A DNA stretch of 62,483 nt from Candidatus Woesearchaeota archaeon. GTDB lineage: Archaea > Nanobdellota > Nanobdellia > Woesearchaeales > JAHWHD01. The translations under genes were made by a program, and so were the position numbers. Each line of letters begins with the position of its first letter. The stretch's first letter is position 1. The stretch is from positions 1 to 62,483 of the forward strand of contig JAHWHD010000066.1 in NCBI GenBank assembly GCA_019323525.1. The letters run 5' to 3'. Positions 43,532 through 52,329 of the stretch are shown in pieces. The notes under the pieces are model-generated. The model saw nothing but the letters and a program-made list of their open reading frames with translations. It had not been told where the DNA came from and ran no database searches.

Positions 43532-45414
43532 ATAGCACTCAATTTTTCATCATTTATAAAAATATCGTGCCAAAGCTCAAATGTAAGCAAGCACCATAAC
43601 TGTCTACTATAGTACAACCGAGATTTTTTGAAATCTTTCAAGACCTTCTCAATATAGTTATAGTTGAAAATCCCTTTTCTCTTGATAATGTCTTGGTCCA
43701 GCTTCTGCAGTATAAAATCGTTCAACTCACGACTAAACCAATTGTCTATAGGCACAAAAAACCTCTGTTTCTTGTTCTTCAAAGTTGAACCAGGAAGCTT
43801 TCCTTTCATCGCTGTCTTAAGAATAAACTTTTCATTTGTCCCATTAATTTTATAACTTGATGGAACCCTCGCCATCAATTCAGTAATCCTATGGTCTAAG
43901 AAAGGAACTCTAGCCTCAATCGCATGCGCCATTGTATTTTTATCAGTCTTCATCAATATATCTTCAGAAAGCATATACTCAGTATCTCTTGCAATTATTG
44001 AATACAGATAATCATCAACATTACTAAAATAACGGCTGAAAATAGCAGAATAATTTAAAGGCCCGGTGTAATTATTAATAACCTCTGACTTTTCTTTCTC
44101 ATCAAATATTGAGACCATATTAAGATAAGACTCCCCAACATCATTTGTGCCAACAACATTGGATAATCGCTCAATACCTTTCTCGCCTAAAGCATCCGCG
44201 TACTTAAAAAACCTAGAAAATACAGACGGAGGAACCTTTTGCACAAGCTTTGCAAGGTTCTTTCTAAACACGAGCGGCACTTTCTGCAAATATCTTTTAT
44301 ATAGCATCATAATCTTGAACTGCTCATAACCGCCAAACTGCTCATCACCGCCATCTCCAGTCAAAACAACTGTAGCGTGCTTCTTTGTACCATTTGACAA
44401 CGCATATACTGGAATAGCCGTCGGATCTGCCATGGGTTCATCAAGGTGCCATACTATCCTTGGCAACAACTTGATTGCATCAACCTTTACGATTATCTCA
44501 TTATGGTCAGTTGAAAAATATTCAGCAATAAATCTCGCTTTATCAAGCTCATTGAACTGTGGAGCATTATCAAAACCAATAGAGAAAGTGTTTACCTCTC
44601 CACCAAACTTTCTCATCATAGAAACAATACTTGCAGAGTCAATTCCCCCAGAAAGATAAGCCCCTAACGGAACATCAGACATCAATCTTTTTTTAACAGA
44701 ATCAGTTATCAAAGAATCTAAAAGTTTAGCAAAATGAGTTACAGAACCAGTCGACTTCTCAAATTTTGGAAACTGCCAATACTTTTTCTGGAATAATCGT
44801 CCATTGTAAGTCATCTGGTGACCTGGCAAAAGCTTATAAATATTCTTAAACATCGTCTCTCTTTCGCTATTGCACCTGAAGGTAAGAAAACTATAAACTG
44901 CGTCAAGATTAATCTCTTTCTTAACGTCAGCCTCTAGAATCGCCTTTATCTCGCTTGCAAAGATAAACCTTTCACCGTCCCAGTAATAATAGAAAGGTTT
45001 TATTCCGTGCCTGTCCCTTGCCATGAACAAGTGGTTTTTCCGGTTATCCCATATCGCGAAGGCAAATGCCCCATTGAATAGCTCAACACAATTATCCCCA
45101 TACTCTTCGTATGCATGTATAATAACTTCAGTATCTGTGTTTGACTTGAACTTATGCTTATTCTCCAGATTTTGCCTAATCTTCTTATAATTGTATATCT
45201 CGCCATTAAACACTATCCAAATACTTCCTTCTTCGTTTGACATCGGCTGCCTTCCTGCTGTAGAAAGATCAATTATAGAAAGCCGCCTATGACCTAAACT
45301 CATACCTTTTGTAACTATGTGGCCTTTATCATCAGGACCTCTATGCTCAAGTTTAGAGTTCATTCTCTGGATTAGATTCTTATCATCCCAATTAAAACCA
45401 CAGATCCCGCACAT
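43528..45414 (-). CDS. asnB: asparagine synthase (glutamine-hydrolysing) family amidotransferase
   Basis: MCGICGF supplies the N-terminal Cys nucleophile. The SGGIDS PP-loop (YLSGGIDSASIV) is present. Length is 628 aa. Confidence 0.85.
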   Translation of the reverse strand: MCGICGFNWDDKNLIQRMNSKLEHRGPDDKGHIVTKGMSLGHRRLSIIDLSTAGRQPMSNEEGSIWIVFNGEIYNYKKIRQNLENKHKFKSNTDTEVIIHAYEEYGDNCVELFNGAFAFAIWDNRKNHLFMARDRHGIKPFYYYWDGERFIFASEIKAILEADVKKEINLDAVYSFLTFRCNSERETMFKNIYKLLPGHQMTYNGRLFQKKYWQFPKFEKSTGSVTHFAKLLDSLITDSVKKRLMSDVPLGAYLSGGIDSASIVSMMRKFGGEVNTFSIGFDNAPQFNELDKARFIAEYFSTDHNEIIVKVDAIKLLPRIVWHLDEPMADPTAIPVYALSNGTKKHATVVLTGDGGDEQFGGYEQFKIMMLYKRYLQKVPLVFRKNLAKLVQKVPPSVFSRFFKYADALGEKGIERLSNVVGTNDVGESYLNMVSIFDEKEKSEVINNYTGPLNYSAIFSRYFSNVDDYLYSIIARDTEYMLSEDILMKTDKNTMAHAIEARVPFLDHRITELMARVPSSYKINGTNEKFILKTAMKGKLPGSTLKNKKQRFFVPIDNWFSRELNDFILQKLDQDIIKRKGIFNYNYIEKVLKDFKKSRLYYSRQLWCLLTFELWHDIFINDEKLSAI

Positions 45415-45416
45415 TA

Positions 45417-45887
45417 TTATCCCTTAACATGCGTTTCAATGAATTCATTAATAAACTTATCCATGTTACATTCGAGCCGTTTATAAGGCTTAAACTTAAA
45501 GGTCCTAGCTTTATTAATATAGTCAAGAATGTGGTCTATATCCTCACAAAGAATAAGAGAACCTGTATTAGAGATTGCCCTTAGATACTCAACCTGATGC
45601 ATTGGATCAGTCCTCTCAACATTAGGAACACCTATCAACCTTTTACGCATATCAAGAATCTCAAAGATACATCCTGGGCCGCCATGGCTAATGACAATAT
45701 CTGCCGCTGTTTCATACTTTGCTAATGATGGAGCAAAGTCAAAAAACTTACAATGCTGGGGTTTATAATCGCCCCTGCCTATCTGCATAACCACTTCATC
45801 CTTAAGTCGACCAGAACCAACCAACTCATCAATCTTTTTAACCAATTTCTCAAACTTCCCATTCCCAACAGTCACAAATATCTTCAT
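45417..45887 (-). CDS. Alg13-like glycosyltransferase catalytic subunit (GT28 C-terminal domain)
   Basis: The 156-aa protein contains MKIFVTVGNGKFEKL, ADIVISHGGPGCIFEIL and GVPN...HQVE. This matches the Alg13/Glyco_tran_28_C pattern. Confidence 0.75.
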   Translation of the reverse strand: MKIFVTVGNGKFEKLVKKIDELVGSGRLKDEVVMQIGRGDYKPQHCKFFDFAPSLAKYETAADIVISHGGPGCIFEILDMRKRLIGVPNVERTDPMHQVEYLRAISNTGSLILCEDIDHILDYINKARTFKFKPYKRLECNMDKFINEFIETHVKG

Positions 45888-46369
45888 CCTAATCTGCCAG
45901 CATATATTGATTTTTTATACTTCTTCTGAAGTTCAGGCCACTGCACAAAAAACAGATTGCAATACGGATAGATCAATTTACCGCTTATTGACTTATGCTC
46001 AACCCTTACCCAAGACTCGAAAAAGATTAACTTTTTGCTGAAAAAAACCTTAGCAACAAAAAACAAAGGCAATATAAGTGAAGGACCGCATCCTAAAAGA
46101 ACCTTTGCCCTGCTCTTTCTTAATATCCTAAAACTATCAATAGTCGCAGGAATCATATTAAGTATAATCTTGAATATGTTATTGTCTTTCATTAGCCTAG
46201 GATTTTTCATTATAAATATTGGACCTCTATCTTTGACTTTTGGAGCCGATGTTTTGTCATCATGACCAACAACGAACTCATAATTATACTTATTGCCTAG
46301 CTTTTCCAGTAACCTAAGCATCTGGTTAGTGTGTCCGCCCATCCCCAAAACAACCAGGATTGTCTTCAT
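45884..46369 (-). CDS. Alg14-like glycosyltransferase partner subunit
   Basis: The 161-aa protein contains VLGMGGHTNQML, LLGCGPSLILP and FFESWVRVEHKSISGKLIYPYCNLFFVQWPEL. This matches the Alg14 family pattern. It overlaps the Alg13-like gene by 4 nt. Confidence 0.75.
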   Translation of the reverse strand: MKTILVVLGMGGHTNQMLRLLEKLGNKYNYEFVVGHDDKTSAPKVKDRGPIFIMKNPRLMKDNNIFKIILNMIPATIDSFRILRKSRAKVLLGCGPSLILPLFFVAKVFFSKKLIFFESWVRVEHKSISGKLIYPYCNLFFVQWPELQKKYKKSIYAGRLG

Positions 46370-47352
46370 TCTATAGGTTTTCCCTCTCCTTCGATACTGA
46401 ACTTTGATTCACGTAATTTGAGCAGGCTTTTTACCTTGGATAAAGGAATCTTATAGTAATACATGAGAACAATAGCGTAAATATAAGGCATGAGTGTACC
46501 AAAAACACGGGCAACAAGCAACAGCGATATAGCTGCCTCGGCCGGAACCCCTATGATTGAATAAAGGAACAAAACAGAAAAATCCATTGCACCGACTCCT
46601 GCTGGAAGAAACGACAACAAACCAAGAACTGTACTAACACCCAATATTGCAATAACACTAAATAGTGAAACATCGACCCCCATACCCATAGCAAATACCC
46701 ACTGAACAGCCCCTTCAAGCGACCAAGTCAAGATACTTAAGACAACAACCAATATCAAAGTCCAGAAATGGCCTCCGAACTTAAGGTCGCGAAGATGTTT
46801 TGCAATCATCTCAAACCTCTTAGGAATTATCCGCACTATCAACCGTGGGTATCTTAATAAGAATATGAGGATAACAGTCAACACAATTATCAAAGTGAGG
46901 AGCGCGTTCAATCTTGCATCTTGTACAACAAATATTGCAAAGAGAACACCAAAACCAGTAAGAACAAATAAATCAATCAACCTTTCAAATATCATGATAC
47001 TCATCGAAATGCTCAATCTTATTCCTTTTCTATAGAGAAGGTATATCTTTGAAGCTTCGCCCAACCTTCCAGGAGTTACCATTGCAACACAGATGCCAAA
47101 CATTTGTATCAATGCAGAGTTTCTGAAGTTTAACTTGTGGTCAAAATACTTTGTCACAAACTTAAACCTGATTATTTTCACAAGAATGCTTGCCACCATC
47201 ACAAAAAAAGCTGCAATAAGAAAAAACAGATTGCTATTAAGGAAAAGGTCATAGGCCTTAAGCCAGTCAATCTTACTCAACATGTAACCCAATCCTAAAA
47301 AGAATAAAATGCTGACAATAATAAGAGCAACCTTATATTTAGCAATCTTCAT
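46366..47352 (-). CDS. UPF0104/MprF-type flippase-like integral membrane protein
   Basis: The 328-aa protein has about 8 TM segments. The N-terminal pattern (KIDWLKAYDLFLNSNLFFLIAAFFVMVASILVKIIRFKF) is typical of the lysyl-PG-synthase TM-region family, which is often paired with GT2 genes. Confidence 0.5.
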   Translation of the reverse strand: MKIAKYKVALIIVSILFFLGLGYMLSKIDWLKAYDLFLNSNLFFLIAAFFVMVASILVKIIRFKFVTKYFDHKLNFRNSALIQMFGICVAMVTPGRLGEASKIYLLYRKGIRLSISMSIMIFERLIDLFVLTGFGVLFAIFVVQDARLNALLTLIIVLTVILIFLLRYPRLIVRIIPKRFEMIAKHLRDLKFGGHFWTLILVVVLSILTWSLEGAVQWVFAMGMGVDVSLFSVIAILGVSTVLGLLSFLPAGVGAMDFSVLFLYSIIGVPAEAAISLLLVARVFGTLMPYIYAIVLMYYYKIPLSKVKSLLKLRESKFSIEGEGKPIE

Positions 47353-47405
47353 GGAGAGATATTTATGTTGGATATTTTAAATACTTTGTGTTTTCATATT
47401 AGAAA

Positions 47406-47416
47406 GTTATATATAT
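47406..47416 (+). promoter_or_regulatory. TATA box candidate in the divergent promoter region
   Basis: GTTATATATAT lies between the divergent glycosylation operons. Confidence 0.3.
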
Positions 47417-47481
47417 AGATAGCTCATCAGCTCAGACAGGTGGTTTTTATAGAAGAAAAAAAAGAAGAGCGATCTAAAGTG

Positions 47482-49077
47482 ATGAAATTATTTAAAAACC
47501 GATATACCTGGTTTTTTATACTTATCTTAATATTTGCAATCTTCACAAGAGCCAGGTTTCAGTTCACAGACAGTATCTGGAATGATGAAGGCATAAATAT
47601 GTGGAACGGGTATGCAATTACCCAAGGAGAGATTTTTGACCAGGAGATTCTAAGCGAGGGACTAGCGCCAAAGATCCTGATTGCATTCTTCACACTTTTC
47701 ACAGGAAGCTTTAATGCAGTCCGGCTTATGAGCCTTACTTTCTCTCTTCTAGGCATAATCTTTATCTTCTTGCTCGGAAAAGAGGTGAAGGATGAACTTA
47801 CTGGCTTAATTGCTGCAATTCTGCTGACAACACACCACCTTTACTGGTATATTGGAGCAAAAGGCATACTCGATGTGCCAATATCTGCAATGTTTATTAT
47901 CACTGCATATGCTTTTCTAAAGATGGAGCATTCCAACGAAAAGTTATGGAGTATCGCCACAGGCCTACTTATTATAATCTCAATGTTTACAAAAAGACCT
48001 GGCGTTTTACTTTTGATATCAATCATAATCTATTTTGTAATAACTAGAAAAAAACTAATTTTTAAGGACAAAAAAGTCAGATACTGTCTAGGCATTCCAA
48101 TTGGATTCTTAGTAATCGGAGACATAATTTTTTATGCCCTCTTCAGAAGTTCTATGCTTAAAGGACTTGCAGTGTATCTCGGATCTATCAGAGGAATAGT
48201 AGACCAACCGTTCAACTTCACATCGATATTATTTACATTCATTCTGAACCCATGGGTAATTGTGTTCTTAGTGATTGGAATATTATTCATCCTATTCTAT
48301 AGAAAAAAAGAGCAGATATTTCTCTTGCTGTGGTTTGTAATATTCCTTGCATTCTTTGAAATAAATGTAGCAGGTCAAACAATTCCCAGGTATCTAGTTC
48401 CGCTAGTTCCTGCAGCTCTGCTTATCGCAGGCTTTGCGCTCAGTGAAATCAATGATCTTGTAAAGGCATTCACTAAAAAGAAAATAGTCTGGCTTATTGT
48501 TATTATAGCAATACTAATCTCAATACCTTTTTACAAAGAAGGGGTAGCATTGCATGAAAGCAAATCATATACATATTCTGGGTACCAAGAAGCTGCATCA
48601 TGGATTCTCAGAAATGCAGAAGAAAATGCAATACTATTTGCAGGATCTCCAAGGACAATGCGCGGCTTAACAAGATGGCAGTATTACATAGGTGGACCAG
48701 GAGGAACTGAAGATGGAAGACTTTACTATCTACGGGGCCCGAAGTACCTCGATAATAGAACCGCTTTTGAGAAAGATGTCGAACTTAATGCTGAATCAGG
48801 GATCCCAATATATCTCGAAATTGATATGTGGGAGTATACGCAGCCAAGCTGGTACTATCCTCTAAGTCAAGATAGTATAGATTATTTCATAAGCCAAGGA
48901 TTCGAACCAGTTTATGTTGTACAAAGGGAGCTTCCTACACAGCAAGGCATAGAAAAAGCTCCAGTGATATTGATTTTGAAACACTCAGGGATAATTGAAA
49001 AAACAGATACATTTAATAATACAGAATATAGTAATCCATTTGAAGATGTACCTGAGCATAGTAATTCCAGCCTATAA
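47482..49077 (+). CDS. GT-C fold membrane glycosyltransferase (ArnT/PMT-like)
   Basis: This polytopic protein has a soluble C-terminal domain. I prefer the ATG at 47482 (MKLFKNRYTWFFILILIF). The track uses GTG 47440, which lies at or before the predicted TSS. Confidence 0.6.
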   Translation: MKLFKNRYTWFFILILIFAIFTRARFQFTDSIWNDEGINMWNGYAITQGEIFDQEILSEGLAPKILIAFFTLFTGSFNAVRLMSLTFSLLGIIFIFLLGKEVKDELTGLIAAILLTTHHLYWYIGAKGILDVPISAMFIITAYAFLKMEHSNEKLWSIATGLLIIISMFTKRPGVLLLISIIIYFVITRKKLIFKDKKVRYCLGIPIGFLVIGDIIFYALFRSSMLKGLAVYLGSIRGIVDQPFNFTSILFTFILNPWVIVFLVIGILFILFYRKKEQIFLLLWFVIFLAFFEINVAGQTIPRYLVPLVPAALLIAGFALSEINDLVKAFTKKKIVWLIVIIAILISIPFYKEGVALHESKSYTYSGYQEAASWILRNAEENAILFAGSPRTMRGLTRWQYYIGGPGGTEDGRLYYLRGPKYLDNRTAFEKDVELNAESGIPIYLEIDMWEYTQPSWYYPLSQDSIDYFISQGFEPVYVVQRELPTQQGIEKAPVILILKHSGIIEKTDTFNNTEYSNPFEDVPEHSNSSL

Positions 49078-49762
49078 CGAAGAAAAACGGATCATTAAAA
49101 GTCTGGACAAGATTCTCAAGTTCTTGAAAAATAAAGCATACAAATGGGAGATCATCGTTGTTAGCGATGGCAGCAAAGACCACACTGTTGACATTGTTAG
49201 AAAGATAAAAAACAAAAATGTTTCTGTTCTTAGCTATAAGAAAAACAAAGGCAAAGGTTTTGCTGTCAGAAAAGGCATGATGAAAGCAAAAGGAAAAATA
49301 ATCCTATTCTCTGATGCAGATCTATCTACACCCATCAAAGAGATTGACAGGTTCATCCCATATCTTGAGAAAGGTTATGATATAGTTATAGGCTCAAGAA
49401 ACCAGAAAGACAGCAATATTAAGATTCCACAACCGATACATAGAAAATTGGTTGGAAAAATGTTCCAGTTTATAGTGGCTAGCGTGGCATTGAGGGGCGT
49501 TAAAGACAGCCAATGCGGTTTCAAGGCATTCACTCATAGAGCAGCAAAAAAGATATTTAACCTGCAGAAACTTAATGGTTTTAGTTTTGATGTTGAAGCC
49601 CTGTATCTTGCAAAAAATCTCGGTTTCAGGATTAAAGAAGTGGGGGTTACATGGATTAACAGTGAAGCGTCAAAGGTAAACCCATTAAAAGATTCAGTCC
49701 GGATGTTGAAAGACACATTAAAGATTAAAAATCTCCACAAGAACTTCTTTAAAAGTAAGTAG
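49046..49762 (+). CDS. GT2 dolichyl-phosphate hexosyltransferase (Alg5/AglK-like)
   Basis: MYLSIVIPAYNEEKRI, IIVVSDGSKDHT and the DADLSTP DxD motif are present. QCGFKAF and FSFDVEALYLAKNLGFRIKEVGVTW are also present. Confidence 0.75.
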   Translation: MYLSIVIPAYNEEKRIIKSLDKILKFLKNKAYKWEIIVVSDGSKDHTVDIVRKIKNKNVSVLSYKKNKGKGFAVRKGMMKAKGKIILFSDADLSTPIKEIDRFIPYLEKGYDIVIGSRNQKDSNIKIPQPIHRKLVGKMFQFIVASVALRGVKDSQCGFKAFTHRAAKKIFNLQKLNGFSFDVEALYLAKNLGFRIKEVGVTWINSEASKVNPLKDSVRMLKDTLKIKNLHKNFFKSK

Positions 49763-49800
49763 CATAAAATATATAAAACTCCGGAATTCTTTGCAATAGA

Positions 49801-50733
49801 ATGAAGACAATTCTAGTAACAGGCGGAGCAGGGTTTATAGGTTCTCATCTATGCGAAAAACTGCTTAGCAAAGGCTGCAATGTAATATGTGTGGATAATT
49901 TCTTTACAGGGAATAAAAGAAACATTGGGCATCTTATGGACAACCCTAATTTTGAACTGATTAGGCACGACATCACAAGACCTTTATGGGTCGAATGCGA
50001 CCAAATATACAATCTTGCATGCCCTGCAGCACCAGTACACTACCAATACAACCCTATTAAGACAATAAAATGCGGAACTGTTGGTATGGTAAACATGCTG
50101 GGTCTTGCAAAAAGGTTAAAGGCAAGGATACTCCAAGCATCAACTTCTGAGATATACGGCACGCCATTAGAGCATCCGCAAACAGAATCATATTGGGGCA
50201 ATGTAAACCCGATTGGAATTAGAAGCTGTTACGATGAAGGTAAGAGAGTCGCAGAATGCCTTTGCATGGACTATCACAGGCAGAACAGTGTAGACATCAG
50301 GATAATAAGAATATTCAACACATACGGTCCAAGAGTGGCATTAAATGATGGGAGAGTAGTCTCTAACTTCATAATCCAAGCACTGAAGAATGAACCTATC
50401 ACAGTTTATGGCGAAGGCAACCAGACAAGAAGCTTCTGTTATATCTCCGATCTCGTCAGGGGCATGATTGCAATGATGGAAAAAGATAATTTCATTGGGC
50501 CTGTTAATTTAGGCAACCCGCAAGAATTCACGATACTTGAACTTGCAAAAAAGATTATTGAACTTACTGGTAGCAGCAGCGAAATCGTACACAAGGAACT
50601 TCCTAAAGATGACCCTACAAGAAGAAAACCAGATATCTCACTTGCAAAACAAAAACTTAACTGGGAACCTGTAGTTCCGATAGACGAAGGCCTTAAGCAT
50701 ACAATAGAATATTTTAAGGAAGTTCTAAAATGA
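49801..50733 (+). CDS. uxs: UDP-glucuronate decarboxylase (UDP-xylose synthase)
   Basis: The protein starts [22 protein letters not shown], followed by [18 protein letters not shown]...[19 protein letters not shown] and the YDEGKR catalytic YxxxK are present. This is the classic UXS signature. Confidence 0.8.
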   Translation: MKTILVTGGAGFIGSHLCEKLLSKGCNVICVDNFFTGNKRNIGHLMDNPNFELIRHDITRPLWVECDQIYNLACPAAPVHYQYNPIKTIKCGTVGMVNMLGLAKRLKARILQASTSEIYGTPLEHPQTESYWGNVNPIGIRSCYDEGKRVAECLCMDYHRQNSVDIRIIRIFNTYGPRVALNDGRVVSNFIIQALKNEPITVYGEGNQTRSFCYISDLVRGMIAMMEKDNFIGPVNLGNPQEFTILELAKKIIELTGSSSEIVHKELPKDDPTRRKPDISLAKQKLNWEPVVPIDEGLKHTIEYFKEVLK

Positions 50734-51434
50734 TATCATTGTTCATACCGATGTATAACGAAGAACATGTTATAGAACAAAGCATACCGAAAGTACTGGA
50801 ATTTCTAAGGACAGTCCCAAAAGACATCAAGCTGATAATGCTAGACGATGGTTCAACAGACAGGACACCTGAGCTTGCAAAGTCATTAACCGAGAAGTAC
50901 GATAAACTATATTACCAAAGACACAATGGACCTAGCAGAAGGGAGAACCTTGCGCAGGCAATGGCGCAACAAGACTCTGATATTATTATGTTCATGGACA
51001 TGGACCTTTCTACAGACTTGTGTCATATCCCTGAACTGATTACACAAATTGAGAACGGTTACGATATTGCTACAGGCAGCAGACATGTTAAAGGTTCTAA
51101 GGTGAAAAGAAATTTCTCAAGGTACTTTATCAGCCATGGTTTCAAGATTTTTATTAAACTATATTTTGGCTCGAAAATAAATGATCATGAATGCGGGTTT
51201 AAAGCCTTTAAAAAGGAAGTAATCAAAGATCTTGTCAATGAACTTGGATATGACCATAAGAAAGAGAGAAAAATGTTCTGGGACACTGAGATGTTTCTTA
51301 GAGCTCAGAGAAAAGGCTACAGGATCAAGGAGATACCTATTAGATGGACAGAAGGCAAGAAATCTGCTCTAAGAATTAGAACAGAGTTAAGTATGCTTCC
51401 TTATATTCTAAGACTAAGAAAAAGGCTAGGGTAA
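50730..51434 (+). CDS. GT2 glycosyltransferase (dolichyl-phosphate hexosyltransferase-like)
   Basis: [30 protein letters not shown] and [10 protein letters not shown] are present. Length is 234 aa. Confidence 0.7.
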   Translation: MISLFIPMYNEEHVIEQSIPKVLEFLRTVPKDIKLIMLDDGSTDRTPELAKSLTEKYDKLYYQRHNGPSRRENLAQAMAQQDSDIIMFMDMDLSTDLCHIPELITQIENGYDIATGSRHVKGSKVKRNFSRYFISHGFKIFIKLYFGSKINDHECGFKAFKKEVIKDLVNELGYDHKKERKMFWDTEMFLRAQRKGYRIKEIPIRWTEGKKSALRIRTELSMLPYILRLRKRLG

Positions 51435-51542
51435 AAGTATAGGAACGTCATTCTTAATAATATATTTTGTAGAACAAGAATTGCATTCTAATTGCTCGTT
51501 TAACTCTTGCTTGCACTTTGGACAAGCCAGTAGCTCTTTCAT
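51426..51542 (-). CDS. Trm112-like zinc-ribbon small protein (38 aa), not in the ORF track
   Basis: The reverse strand reads ATG AAA GAG CTA CTG GCT TGT CCA AAG TGC ... TAG. The product is [38 protein letters not shown]. This shows the CPxC...CxxC pattern and the (D/N)xxPxLL tail of Trm112/UPF0434 proteins. Confidence 0.55.
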   Translation of the reverse strand: MKELLACPKCKQELNEQLECNSCSTKYIIKNDVPILLP

Positions 51543-51627
51543 GAGATTACGTCTGTAAAACTCATTTATAAATCTTTAGTAATGAGTCAGCACAAACTAT
51601 ATAAATCGCTGTAAAACACCCAAGGAT

Positions 51628-52329
51628 ATGGAGAAACTGTCTCAACTTAAAAAGCATTTAAACAAATCCATTCCTGAAGAATTAAGGAGAAACATGGGCG
51701 CCATCAACCCCTATTTAGTACCGATCTATGGGAGAATCGTATACTATAAAAGGCTGAAATTCTGTTTAAATGCAATCAAAAAATTATCTAGACTGCCTAA
51801 AGAATCTGCATTCAATTTCGTGGATGTTGGCTGTGGTTTTGGTATATTCATGCGCATAGTTGGAAAGGAATATCCTAATGCAAAAATATATGGGGTAGAC
51901 CTTCGCGACGAAGAGCAATTAAAGTATGGCTACGATATAGTCAACAATAAAAACGCATTATTCATAAGAGCAGATGCATTAAATCTTCCGCTTAAAGAAA
52001 AATCATTTGATATTGTTCTCACAACCGACGTATTAGAGCATGTTAATGATCCTATAAAAGGGCTAGACGAACTATCAAGAATCATGAAAGATAACTCATT
52101 GCTAGTCATACTCGTACCTACTGAGCTTTTTCTATTCAAACTTTTAAGAAGAATGTTCGGAAAAAGAAGGTTCCATGCTCAGTATCACTGGATTGGAAAC
52201 ATCAAGAACGTCAAGGAGTTTGAAAAAGTGCTAAAGACAAGGTTCAAAGTGATACAAAGAAGATTCATACCATTCCCATTTCTAAGAGGTTTGCTTAATT
52301 ACGATCTTATGTACGTATGCAGAAAATGA
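51628..52329 (+). CDS. class I SAM-dependent methyltransferase
   Basis: Motif I FVDVGCGFGIF and FDIVLTTDVLEHV are present. Length is 233 aa. Confidence 0.75.
   Translation: MEKLSQLKKHLNKSIPEELRRNMGAINPYLVPIYGRIVYYKRLKFCLNAIKKLSRLPKESAFNFVDVGCGFGIFMRIVGKEYPNAKIYGVDLRDEEQLKYGYDIVNNKNALFIRADALNLPLKEKSFDIVLTTDVLEHVNDPIKGLDELSRIMKDNSLLVILVPTELFLFKLLRRMFGKRRFHAQYHWIGNIKNVKEFEKVLKTRFKVIQRRFIPFPFLRGLLNYDLMYVCRK

Noticed and set aside
47440-47481. GTG/TTG-extended starts given by the ORF track (47440, 48995, 55027, 58275, 59222, 27964, 23444, 11324, 13977, 23395)
   Set aside because: In each case an internal ATG has better support. The support is a preceding GGAGG-like SD, an ATGA or short overlap with the upstream stop, or a position compatible with the TATA box. 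The extension also lacks family-conserved sequence.
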